Assembly (NCBI RefSeq): GCF_009914755.1
Contig: NC_060932.1
Source: the human T2T-CHM13v2.0 reference genome, Homo sapiens
Length of the DNA: 64,000 nt
Strand: one strand, 5' to 3'
Position 1 is the first letter of the stretch, and the number at the start of each line of letters is the position of its first letter. This document shows positions 31,988 through 44,840 of this stretch, in pieces. A model generated the notes under the pieces. The model saw only the letters and a list, made by a program, of their open reading frames with translations. It made no database searches and was not told the DNA's origin. The position numbers were made by a program, and so were the translations under genes.

Positions 31988-32069
31988 CTTTCCCTCCTGC
32001 CGTATGCAGCATTTTCAGGTGATCCACGGTCATCTGCAGGATCTCGGCTTTTTCTAGCTTAGCAGATCC
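31988..32069 (-). CDS. HEY1: HEY1 exon 4 ([27 protein letters not shown]; loop/helix 2)
   Basis: tttAG acceptor, GTACAT donor; 82 nt; KLEKAEIL signature. Confidence 0.98.
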
Positions 32070-32345
32070 CTAAAGATGAGAATGGCAAAAGATTGATTTG
32101 GCACAAGTTCCTTTGGGGAACAATTTAAAATATGCAAACATATATACAAAGATACATGCTTTGTAAATCGTAAAGCATGGACTAAAGCAAAATCAGTTGT
32201 CTTCACAAAATACGCTGGTATCTGTGTACGAATTCATCTAGGCACAAGCAACACAGCTATTTTCCAAGGCGGATGAGATTAATGAGGGGAAGATTCAGAA
32301 GGTGCAGATAGCTATGCTGAGAGCTTTACCTACTTGCTCCATTAC

Positions 32346-32429
32346 CTGCTTCTCAAAAGCACTGGGTACCAGCCTTCTCAGCTCAGACAAACTGTTATTG
32401 ATCCGGTCTCGTCGGCGCTTCTCAATTAT
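32346..32429 (-). CDS. HEY1: HEY1 exon 3 ([28 protein letters not shown]; basic region/helix 1)
   Basis: ctgcAG acceptor, GTAATG donor; 84 nt; typical Hairy/E(spl)-related bHLH. Confidence 0.98.
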
Positions 32430-32555
32430 CTGCAGAAGGCAAGCAAAACAAAGGAAGGCATTACCATTACGACTGTAAATTTCAAAGACAAAAAAAAAGG
32501 TGGTTATTTCCGTTAATCAATAACAAAAATAAAAGGAGAGTGTAAAGAGACTCAC

Positions 32556-32631
32556 TCCTCTCCGTCTTTTTCTGGCCAAAATCTGGGAAGATGTAGTTGG
32601 GGACATGGAACCTAGAGCCGAACTCAAGTTT
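32556..32631 (-). CDS. HEY1: HEY1 exon 2 (NLSSALGSMSPTTSSQILARKRRRG; start of basic region)
   Basis: tttcAG acceptor, GTGAG donor at 32555; 76 nt, frame continuous with exon 1. Confidence 0.98.
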
Positions 32632-32911
32632 CTGAAAAGAGAAAAAGAACAAACAAAAACTGAAATCGCCGTTAAACGAGGAGAGGTGATCTGAGAGGTC
32701 GCCCCCACACCCTCCCCGCACTCAGACTTTTTTTGCCACTTGGGCTGGAAGGCACCTAGGGGTTCCCTGGCCGCAGGCTGCCGCCAGCCTGCGACGCGCG
32801 GAGGTCAGCGCAGGGCACCGGCGCGCCAAGGGTCCTAGCCCGCTGTCACCGCGGCAGGCCTGCGCTCGCCTCCCGCTCTGGCTCGGCTCCGCTCCGCCGC
32901 CGCCAGCTCAC

Positions 32912-33000
32912 CCATTCTCGTCCGCACTCTCCTTCTCCACCTCGATGGTCTCGTCCAGCTCGCTGTCCGAGGAGCTGTACTCGGGGTGAGCTCGCTTCAT
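32912..33000 (-). CDS. HEY1: HEY1 coding exon 1 (MKRAHPEYSSSDSELDETIEVEKESADENG)
   Basis: ATG at 33000 (GCCAGCATG); recognisable HEY1 N-terminus; GTGAG donor at 32911-32907; 89 nt. Confidence 0.98.
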
Positions 33001-33100
33001 GCTGGCTCCCTGGGGGTTCCTGGGGAGGGTCGGCGCGGCGGGCAGGGAGGAGTTAACTACAGCGGCGCCTCTCCGCTCTCGGCTGCTTGCGTTCCGCACA

Positions 33101-33135
33101 CACTGATCCCGCTCACGCTTTGCCTCTGGTTAAAA
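33101..33135 (-). promoter_or_regulatory. Core promoter: TATA-like TTTTAA (33135-33130) and Inr TCAGTG (A at 33104)
   Basis: TATA-like element starts 31 nt upstream of the Inr adenine, the canonical spacing. Confidence 0.55.
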
Positions 33136-33147
33136 CTCAACCATCCT

Positions 33148-33155
33148 TTCCCACG
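33148..33155 (-). promoter_or_regulatory. RBPJ/CSL site CGTGGGAA (proximal)
   Basis: Exact high-affinity consensus; HEY1 is an established direct Notch target. Confidence 0.85.
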
Positions 33156-33577
33156 CTGAGCCCCTTCCCAGGGCCCTGGGGAGGGCGGGGGAGTGGGGAA
33201 GGCGGGCGAGGGGGCGGAGAGGCGGGGCGGCAACTCCAGGGCAACAGCCGCCCCCCGGCCAATCCGGTTTCTCGCGCCGCTGATTGGCAGCCGCTCCGGG
33301 GAGGGGCGGGAGCGAGGCCGAGGGCTCTAGCGGACCGCGCCCCCGCCCTCCGCGCCCGCCCCTGCCCGGCGGCGGTGCGTCGGCTCCGCGGGGGCTCTGT
33401 CCAGCCTGCACTCAGGGGAAGGAGGAGGCGCGGGCGGCGGGGAGGCGCGGGAGGCCGGGCCGGGACACAAGCCCGCCGGCGGCCGCGGCTCCTCCCCGCC
33501 CCGCGCGCCCCGATTGGCCTGGCCGCGCGCCAGGGCCGAGCCTGCAGCGCCTCCGGTGAGCCGCACGCGCCGCGGGC

Positions 33578-33585
33578 CGTGGGAA
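33578..33585 (+). promoter_or_regulatory. RBPJ/CSL site CGTGGGAA (upstream)
   Basis: Exact consensus, opposite orientation to the proximal site. Confidence 0.8.
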
Positions 33586-34696
33586 AGTGCCGGCGCCGCG
33601 GCCGCCAGCCAATCCGGGCGGCCGGCGACGGCGACGGCGGCGGCCGCGCTGGCGGCGGCGGCGGCGGCGCTGGGCGTCCGCATGAATGGAGAAGAATGGG
33701 CAGGCGGGGAGCCGGGCCGCGCGAGGGCGCGCCGGCGGGGGCTGGGCGGCCGCCGGCCGGGCCCCCAGTGTGAACCTGTAATCGGAGCCTGGGCGCCGGC
33801 CGGCCTCGGAAGCCGCCGCCTAGCGCCACCGTAAATCTCGCCCGCGTGGCCGCCAGTGCCCGGCGGCTGGAGGCGCGCGCTGTTAGTGGGGCCGTGCCGG
33901 GTGCACCTGGCCGGGCTGCGCGCCGGCGGCTCCGCGGAACCCGCAGGGAGCCGGGAGAGGGGGCGCCGGGCGCGTCCACAGTGGCCACCAGCCCAGGGGC
34001 CGGTCACATGGAGGAGCAAGCTGTGGGCTCAGGGGACGCTCTTTTTGATTTCTGGGACCGAGGCCGCACATGCAGCCAGACTCGTTTCCGCAGGGGCTTC
34101 CCAGCCGCGGAATGGAATGAATACCCCTGTGCATCTCATTTCCGGGGAAGGGGAGCACTTGTTTTTTCGGCCGCCTTGGGGAAAAAAAAACCCAACGGTC
34201 CCTGGGAATAATCATTATGCTGGGATTTTTTTGTTGTTCCCCCGCTGCCCCCCCCCCGCCCCCTCCCCCCGGCGGCCAGATCCTCTCAGCGGGCGACAGG
34301 GTGGCGGTGCTGGCGTTTGCGTCTGAGGCCGGCCTTGCTGAGGGAATGCACGTCTCTGGCCCCAGACACACACCTCTGGCTTCGGTGGCTTGGCGTGGCG
34401 TGTACTGGGTGCCACGTGAAGTCCCCCCCGAGTCCACTAAGAAGACAGATTTTTTAAAAAATACAGTTGTAAATCTCGAAACTGATTTCTGATTCCAGAA
34501 ACAGAATGGTTGTTTTAAATTTGAAAATCCGGTCTTCTGTCCCTTACAAAGGTACACAGCAATTCGCATTCATCTCAGATCCACTCTGAAGCTTGTAGTC
34601 CTGTCTGTGAGGGAAAGCTTAATATCCATCGGTGAGAATAACAAAAGGCGTTTTCTCTTTGCAAAAAGCTTCCTGGTTTCTAGACTTCCTTATTGA

Positions 34697-35027
<331 letters not shown>

Positions 35028-35804
35028 TCAATGCCATCTTAACACATCCTGGATGCCAAGCACTCTGAGTGGCCGGCCTGGGCCTAATCCATAGTTCCTC
35101 TCTGGGCACCCCCATCCCTCCACCACCGCCCCCAACGGGAAATACAACCTCCTGGCTCCCACTGAAGCTTATTCCACTTCACATCACCTCCAGCCCTGAG
35201 CCTTTCCATGCAGCCCCTCTGCTTCCCTGTCTAGGCTGGGCCCTTCCATCAGCCAGCCTGGGTTTGTTGCTGCTGGCACCCCAGACCTCTGGCTTCCTGA
35301 AACTCCACCGCATGCTGCCTGTTAGTTGTCAGTCCGAGGTCAATCCCACCAGCCGACTTTCTCTCTGGAAGTGCAAATTTTAAGGCTCCTTCCTGGCCCT
35401 CCCAGTCTTCAGTCCAGGGCATCCATCACTACTTCCTGCCTCTTCCCTCCCAGAAACTGATGGTCCAGGCATAGGAAACCATCCCACCTGCTCCCCTCTG
35501 CCTTCCAGAAGTCCCTCTGACCTTCCATTTCTTTCCCCAAAGTGACAGGCCACCCTTCCCCAGAACCAACGTGTCTACTTCCCCTCTGGCTCTATAGATT
35601 TTCCCAGCCTCTGGCACCTACAATGAGTCAGCCTTTCCTGCTTTGGCTCATTTCTGCTGCTGTGGAGAGGCGTGGACAAGCTGCAGATGTTGAGTGAGAC
35701 GAGACCGGGTGGGGTTAGGGATGCTTAACTCTACATTGGCATCCAAATGAAATATTGCTCACATGTTCATGATTACTTTTATGTCAAAAAGGAGGTTCTC
35801 TACG

Positions 35805-36212
35805 GCCAGGCGCAGTGGCTCACACCTGTAATCCTAACACTTTGAGAGGCTGAGGCAGGAGGATTGCTTGAGTCCAGGAGCTCCAGATCAGCCTGGGCAA
35901 CATAGCAAGATCCCCATTTCTTAAAAAAGAAAATTAAAAATTAGCCAGGCATGGCATGCACCTGTAGTCCTAGCTTCGTAGAAAGCTGAGGTGGGAGGTT
36001 TGCGTGAGGCCAGGAGTGCCAGACCAGACTGGGCAACACGGCAAGATCCCCATCTCTAGAAAAAATTTAAAAATGAACCGGGCATGGTGGCCTGTGTCCT
36101 AGCTACTCTGGGGGCCGAGGCTTGAGCCCAGGAGGTCAACGCTACAATGAGCTATGATCATTGCACAGCACTCCAGCCTGGGTAACAGAATGAGACTCTG
36201 TCTCTAAAAAAA
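35805..36212 (+). mobile_element. Chimeric three-arm AluJ
   Basis: Two left-arm 3' segments and two A-rich linkers precede one right-arm end. Confidence 0.85.
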
Positions 36213-37671
36213 TTACAAATGAGGTTGTCTTGCTTCTTAAGTTTGACTGATTTTTCAATGCTTCCAATAAATACGTATTCTTCTGTGTGCCATGTGCTGT
36301 GCTAGGGCCTGAAAACACAAAGGTGACCCAAAAGTCATCCATCTTGCACTCCTAGAACTCACATCCTAGGGAGAAGACAGAGAATACACAGTAAAGTAGT
36401 TATGGATGCTCCAGTGCTTGGAAGCACTTGTTGGTAAGGAAAAACGAGGGGGTGAGGATTCTTTATGAGGTCTGGGAAGGCCTGTTCTGAGTTTGGAAGG
36501 GACTTAAGATCAAGAAGAGGTGAACTAGGTGGTTCAGTAATAACCGGGAAGGAAGGGGCGGAGACCTCTTCCTTGAGTGGTGGGATCAGAGGAGAGAGTT
36601 ACACTGAGGGCACCAGGCCCAATTTTCTCCCATCTGCTGTGTAGAAGGGATTTACCCCTGGAGGCTTTGAGTGAAGAACGACTTTAAACATCTTTGCTAC
36701 CCTGAATGAAAGGTACGTCCTGCAAATTGACCCCTTCTGCAACTTAAATGGGACTGCCCAGGCCTGGCCCCTCAGGAAAAGGACCTTTTACCATTTGGGG
36801 GTGGGGAAGTGGGCAAGTGTTGCCTTTTATAATTCGTCTCTCCTGAAGAATCACCCTTTTTTATTTCGCTCAAAGGCCTATTTTCTTGCCTGGTTTGTAG
36901 AGTCTGGGTTCAGTTACTTAGCTTACCGTTCCGCAGGCTGCTTTTATCTGCGTTCCCTTGCAGAAGAGATACTCCAGATGTCCTGGAAGAGAGAGACACT
37001 CCAGATTTAGGAATTCACTCGAAAGGCCAGGCCCAGGTGAGGGCCTCCCCAGAGGAAAAGTGGTAGAATCTCCAGGGAGGAACAGCTCATCCTCAAACTC
37101 CAGCTGCAGCATTTCTCTATGAACGAGGCTTAGGGTGGCCAGCTTGTTGGAAGGGATGCAACCAGTAGCTGGGTGTGAGACTGGCCTTGAGGAAGCCCCA
37201 GTCGTCAATTATTCATTCATTAGAGCTTTGGCCACTGTGGAGGTCCCTACTTGGATACCCTTCATGAGGCCCTGTCTCTGTCAGTTTGCTGGTGGGTGCA
37301 GGTGATCTCAATTGAACAGGCATGGGACATAGTGCTCAGGAGGACCAGAGGCTACACCTGCAGCTCTGAGAAAGAAGGGGCTGCCGCTCTCTCTAACCTC
37401 TTAGTCTAATTGCTGTACCATTCTGAGGCAAAGGTCTTTGTCAAAACAAGTTTTAGGTAAAGCTAGCCAGTGGCTGGCTGAAACCTTTAGGGCTTGCTTG
37501 CTTATGTACTTGCTTGACAAATTTGTATAAAGCCCCTAGTCTGTGCTGGGCACTGAGCCAGGCCTAGAGCAATCAGGCTGAAAAGCCACAATCTCTATCA
37601 AGCTGCTCACAAGTTCTTCTTAGCTACATGATATTTAAGCCTCAATAATCTTATCTGTAAAATGGTGATAT

Positions 37672-37995
<324 letters not shown>

Positions 37996-40611
37996 TTATT
38001 TTCCAATGTCACAAATTAAATATGATCAATTATATGAAGCACTTTACAACAATACTTGGCCACTAGTTAGCACCCAATAAACAGCATCTGCTATTATTGG
38101 CTTTTAATATACCTTCTCTGCCCATGAGTATATAAACTCTGAGCACTAAGTTACTTTTGTGTTTTCTTCTGATACTCTGTTACACGTCTAATGAGGTTGA
38201 AAGGCAGTATAAATAATTATGTAGTAATTGGATATATTAACAGAATCTCTAGAAAGTAATATCCTTTTAACATCAGGAGAAGGAAACAGTGCTTCTTGTT
38301 AAGAGCACTAGATTATTTTGAGTAATATAAGCATCTGCTATTCATTATTAGTGAAAGTTTTGCTTTTTGAATCTAAGAAACATCTCCTGAGCATGTAGCG
38401 CTATAATACATGTATAAGTAAGGAGTGTACTCATGGAGTTCAGAGATGGCTCCTTCATGAGAACACAAGGAATTTTGACTAAGTGACAGTTTTCCTTTGT
38501 TCCTCATGCTTGCTGCTTTCTCTAGATGCAGCATCTCAAACACCAGATTGCTTTGTGGCATGTCATGCCATGCAAAAGTGCACTTCCACTATCAACTTTC
38601 CTAATTGAGGTCAGATGTGAGATGCCTTGGTGTTTGCCTTGAAGGAATTGTTTAATTGGAACCCTAACAGGCAGTGGTATGGTACAGTGGAAAAAGCAGG
38701 GATTTCAAATCACCTGCCTGGGTTCAAGTCACTCTTTACTAGCTGTGTGACCTTGAGCTTATCATCACACCTTTACCCTCTGAACCTCAGTTTCCTCATC
38801 CATAAAATAATAGCTCAGCGTTCATTTTGTTTTTCAAAAGATAAGATGAGACAAAGCATTTTTTCAAGTGCCAAACAAATGTTATGCCTTATGCTTTTAA
38901 GTTACGGTGATGATGATGATGATGTGAAGAATATGGGATGCTTCTTCCTGAGCCTTGCTGGACCATCAAGGCTGGAACTCCTGGCCTTCTTCCTGAGCCT
39001 TCCTGAGCCTCTTGTGCCTGCCAGTGAATTCCCTCACAATGAGCAACTCCATCTTTTAAAATATACATATATATACATATATATATATTTAAAATACCAA
39101 CATGCATTTCACAAAACATTAATTTCTCAAGATGCTTTGTAAATAAAAGAATCTGTTTCCAGATACATCTGGAAAACCACCTGTAAGATCTCGGGGCACA
39201 TTACAGCATGAAAAGCTCAGAGACATTCTTAGTAAAGAAGCCTTATTTACATTTGTCTAACCCAGCACTTCCCAAACTCACCAGTTACAGCACCTTTTTT
39301 CTTCACATAACATGTGCTAATATTCCATTGAAACGGCATACCAAGGAACACACTTTGGGAACTTGTCATAGCGTAAGGGTAGATGCATTTTGCTTTTGGT
39401 TAAAGATGACTGACCCACAAAAAAATTAATCACAAATGAAAACCAACTTAATACAAATTATTACTAAGTGCTGAAATATAACTTTTGCTGAGTAATTTAT
39501 CGTCACCCATCCCCCTCCCATCCCCAACCCTTCCGAGTCTCCGATGTCTATCGTTCCACAGTCTGTGTCCATATGTACACACTATTTAGCTCCCACTTAT
39601 AAGTGAGAGCAAGCATCTGACTTTCTATTTCTGAAAGTTCTTTGCTGACTAATCAAAGAGACCAATTACTTAAAAGTAATTTATATTACCTTTTAAATAC
39701 TTGTAATAACAAACACCTTCATAGCACTTCATGGCACCATATACCAGAAACAGTTTTTAGAACTTTACATATAACTGATTGAATTCTCACAGCAACCCAG
39801 GAAAAGGGAGGTATTATTTTCTCCAGTTTTAGAAAAGGAAGCCTATGCAAAAGGAAGTAAGAGATTTGCCCAAAGTTGTATCTGAATCTCTGCCATTGGT
39901 TTGATTCCATGACACCCTCTTTCCCTCAAAGAATAATTTACAGTGTATTCTTTTCTCAGTTAAAATGATACAAACATTAATATACAGCATACTTTTCTCA
40001 ATTAAGCTAATTAAAATAGTAATTTGCAGAATATTTTCATACTTTAAATAATTCAACTAGTTTTTATTTTTACACGTCCAAGACAGCTCGAGATATAAAT
40101 GAGATAAATCTTAGGGTGTCCTAAAGCAAGCTGGAGAATGTCACTCCCTGGACTTTGTACCAAGTTGCATTTAGTGGAAGTGAAGCCTTGTTTCCTAGGT
40201 AGCCTGGATGCTGAAATAATACTGCAACAGTTGGGGTATATGACTTCTTTGGATTTGGTTTTCAAGTATTTCATAATTTACTACTTTTTATGTTCTTAGA
40301 TATTTATTATAAATAAATCCAAAATGATTTTAAATTATTAAAGTTTAAAGTATATGCCTTTGGCACCACTAGAAAAAAAAACTTGAAAGTATAGCAGAAA
40401 GTTCTATGTGAGCCCCAAACTGGAATTCACAGACTCTACATCTTTGAAACTAGAGGCTGCTAATCCACTAAGTGATCTGTTTGCCTGAACTGATACACAC
40501 TGGAGCTTTGGTTTTAAGTTGAAAAGTTGTTTTTTGTTTTTTTGATATTTTTACCTTTTGACTCAGGAGCACAGGGCAGAAAGGAGGGAGAAAAGAATTG
40601 AGGGAACAGAT

Positions 40612-41545
40612 TTTTTTTTCCTTTTTTTTTGAAGTGTATAAATTTAAGGGGTACAACTGCAATTCTGTTCCATGGCTATATTGTGTAGTGGTGAAGTCTT
40701 GACTTTTAGTGTATCCATCACTCAAGTAATGTACATTGTACCCAGTGAGTAGTTTCTCATCACCCATCCCCGTTCTGTTCCCCTACTCTTCTGAGTCTCC
40801 TTGTCTATCATTCCACACCCTATGTCCATGTGTACACATTATTTAGCTCCCATTTATAAGTGAGAACAAGCATCTGACTTTCTGTTTCTGAGTTGTTTCA
40901 CTTAAAGAGAATGGCCTCCAGTTCCATCCTTATTGCTGGAAAAGACATGATTTCATTTTTTATGGATGAATAGTATTTCATTATGTATATATACCACATT
41001 TTTTAATTCAGTCATCCATTGATGGACACTTAGGTTGATTCCATATTTTTGCTATTGTAAATAGTACTGTGATAAATATATGTGTGTAGCTATCCTTTTG
41101 ATATAATGATTTCTTTTCCTGAATATATACCTAGTAGTGGGATTGCTGGATCAAATGGTCATTATTTTTTAGTTCTTTGAGCAACCTCCATAGAGTTTTC
41201 CATAGTTGTACTAACTTATATTCCCACCAACAGCATATGAGTTCTCTTTTCTTTATATCCTCACCAACATCTGTTATTTTTTGACTTTTAATAATAGCCA
41301 TTCTGACTAGTGTAAGATGATATCTCATTGTGGCTTCAATTTGCATTTCTTTGATCATTAGTGATGTTGAGCTTTATTTCATATGCCTGTTGTGCATTTG
41401 GATGTCTTCTTTGAAAAATGTTTATTCATGTCCTTTGCCCGCTTTTGAATAGGGTTATTTGTTTCTTGTTGTTGTTGAGTTGAGTTCCATGTAAATTCTG
41501 GATATTAGTTCCCTGTTGGATGCATAGTTTGCAAATATTTTATCT
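40612..41545 (-). mobile_element. L1 3' end (L1PB/L1MA-like)
   Basis: ORF 41131..41358 (MRYHLTLVRMAIIK) is an L1 ORF2 C-terminal remnant; poly-T tail. Confidence 0.92.
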
Positions 41546-42044
41546 TGAGAGGATAGATTTTTGAGTCACATTAGAGAAAAGGCTTAGCACCAAAAGCTGA
41601 AGGAGTTATTTATATGGGAGATAATTCTGGTAAAAAGTAACAACAATAATAATGTTACATCAGCACCCAGGTGACAGTATGCTGCGGAGAACTGGGACAG
41701 GTTAATTCTGTGCCACCACCCCATGCCCCCCACACACATGTGCATACACACTGCCAAATGGCACTCTGAGGGTACATGGTGATGACTGGAACTTAGCTAT
41801 AGAGGCAGTGCACAGGCCTTCAAGATGAAGATGTCATTGACAAACAGCATTGAACATCAATGAGGCATTACCCAGGTGGGGCTGAGAACTTAGAAAGGGG
41901 CCAAAGTCCTATAGTCTGGCAGGAAGGGTTAAGAATCATTGGAATTTAGGCATTAATGTGACCTCATTTGTAGTCAAAGGCTAGTGGGGCCAGGTAACAT
42001 TCTAGTTATAAGACATGAAAGAAGTGAAACATGTTTAGATATCA

Positions 42045-42470
42045 TTCCTGAATTGTGTTACCCCAAAATTAATATGTTGAAGCACTAACCCCCAATGTAA
42101 TAGTATTTGGAGTTGGGGCCTTTGGGAGATAATTAGGTTTAGATGAGGCCATGAGGCTGGGGTTTTTACAATGGGACTAGTGCCCTTATAAGAAGAGACA
42201 CCAGAGAGCTAATTCATTCTCTCCTGGTGCCATCTTTCTGTCCCTCTCCCTCTCTCTTCCTTTCCCTCTCTCTCTCCCTCTCTGCCCCATGTGATGACAC
42301 GGTGAGGAGACAGCCATCTGCAAGCTAGAAGGAGAGCCCTCACCAGAACCTGGCCGTGCTGGAACCTTCATCTTGGACCTCCGGCCTCCAGACCTATGAG
42401 AAAATAAATTTCTATTGTTTCAACCACACAGTCTATAGCATTTTGTTATGGCAGCCTGAGCTAAGACAAT
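42045..42470 (+). mobile_element. MaLR LTR (MLT1A/MST-like)
   Basis: aataaatttctattgttt ... ttttgttatggcagcctgagctaagaca. Confidence 0.85.
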
Positions 42471-43384
42471 TCCTACTTCAAAACTTTTATAAAATCTTAA
42501 TGTGTCTTTGTAAGTAGGCATTTTTGTTATAGATAAGTGTTCTAGTTCCCAGCTTTTAGAATGTATTCTATTTTACTTGCCAGTAATTGAAGGAGCAAAA
42601 TAAAAAATACAAATTTTTGCCACTTAAAAAGCCCTATTTTTAGAGCAATATATATTTTTCTATTTTTCAATGACTTTTCTTTTTCAAATCCATTATAGGT
42701 TATAAGTTGAAGAAATAAGACCAGTTTCCAAATAAATGACAAAGAGCTTGGTATTCCTGGTAAGTATCACCATTTAAGAGGAGCTTGCATTTTCAGTCTG
42801 TAATTTTCTTTCCTGTTCTTGTCCTTTTTGAGCCTCTTGTCAACTGACAGTGAAAGGCAGGGGTGGTTTGTCTCTGCCGGAAATTCCCACTGTGAAAAAC
42901 TGGCCCTACCGACTCTATCACCAATGCACAATACACATGAGCCTAGGACCCCTTTAGGCTTTCAACCCATCTACCTCTCAAGCCAAATCCTGAGTTCATT
43001 GTTCCTGGGGTTTCCTTTCACCAGCCTTGCAACTGTCCCTCCATGAACAACTTTCCCAAGTGCAGCAGGCTGCATGCTCATCCTCCCTCAGAGTACACGC
43101 TGAAGACCACAACTCATTTCCTTGGATCTCAGTAGACTGTGTGCTTGAATCACCTTTTCTTTTACCCCCTAAAAACACTATAAAAATACTTCCATAATTT
43201 GGCTGTTTGGGTTTTATGTTTGTAACACTGTATTTAGTAATTATAATACATAGTATATAGAATAAAAGTAATGTATTTTTCCGCTGAGGAAAGAAAGTAA
43301 TAGAGACAGAAAGATGAGTTGGTAGAATTTTTCAAATACATGCCAAATATCTCTCTCTTTCTTGGGGGGGGGCGGTTGGAGGAG

Positions 43385-43640
43385 GGGGTTTCCCTTTGTT
43401 GCCCAGGCCACACTGAAGTAGTGCAATCATAGTTCACTATAACCTCAAACTGCTGGGCTCAAGTGATCCTCCCACCTCAGCCTCCATAGTAGCTAGGATG
43501 ACAGGTACATGTCACCATGCCCAGCCAATATTTTTACATTTTTGTGCAGCAATGATCTCTCCATGTTGCCCAGGCAGGTCAAACTCTTGGTCTCAAGTGA
43601 TCCACCAGCCTCAGCCTCCCAAAATGCTGGGATTACAGGT
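43385..43640 (-). mobile_element. AluJ
   Basis: Diverged Alu consensus. Confidence 0.88.
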
Positions 43641-44495
43641 ATGAGCCACCACACCTGGCCTAATTTTAAAAAGCAAAATATATTCAGTTTTGAAGACAGC
43701 TTGATTTGTCTTTGCTTATATGTGCCATCACATGTTATTGTCTCAGTCCATGCTCATTAGCACAATAATATTTAAAGGGCCTTTGAAAAGATTTATCAAA
43801 AATACTGAACCTTCAAGCATAGTTTTCTGAGAATTCGCAGCTCTGAGTTAAAAGTTTTTGTTCTCTGTAAAATATATATAAAATAATTTTGATATCCAGT
43901 TTTAAGAGTTGGCTTAATAATTTTTGGTATTAAAAAATCTGAAAATGTTAATAGGTGTTCCTTAAATTGGTCACTAACCAAAATTTTACTCTGCTATCAG
44001 TTCATGTTAAATTTTTTTAGTACTTAATTCAAACCACTTTTGTTTCTTCTAAAATTTTTTGTTTAAAACACAAAGACTTATCTTACTGTCCTGGTACTAT
44101 TTATTGCCCATTTGCAACAGTTTTTGAGCTTTTTTTTTTTCCTTGAAATCTGACTAGAATTGATTTCTTAATTTCACATGTACACACAAAAACACATGAT
44201 CTTGCTTTATGATTGTTAATGTTTTCTACACGGGCACTATATTGGAGACTGTAAATACTCTGCCTTCTTGAATTAGACACTCTTGGGCCCACATGTATGC
44301 ACATATCAAAAGCCTTAGAGAACACTGAACCACAGCACATTAGAGTGTCATCTTCTTCAGCATTTTCTCTCTGATTCTCCATCTTGATCTCTAGGAATAG
44401 TTTTTATATTGCTTCTTTCATGTGTTTACTCATGGAATCTGGTCTCTGGGGCCCACATTTTTTAGTGCAAGACAGAGAGTAAAAATATGTTCATA

Positions 44496-44840
<345 letters not shown>

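Larger units (their letters stand above)
32690..34440. promoter_or_regulatory. HEY1 promoter CpG island
   Basis: Very high GC/CpG density spanning exon 1; GC boxes; CCAAT boxes at 33259, 33283, 33513, 33609; GGCGCC (SMAD1/5-type) motifs; E-box CACGTG 34413-34418. Confidence 0.95.

Noticed and set aside
33148-33585. Paired RBPJ (SPS) dimer site
   Set aside because: SPS needs head-to-head sites 15-17 bp apart; these are ~430 bp apart
33087-34569. Many long overlapping ORFs (up to 283 aa) on both strands
   Set aside because: Low-complexity Arg/Pro/Gly/Ala translations expected from stop-codon depletion in a CpG island; no domain signature
38627-39142. 171-aa ORF
   Set aside because: Non-ATG start; runs through a MIR and simple repeats; no recognisable protein features
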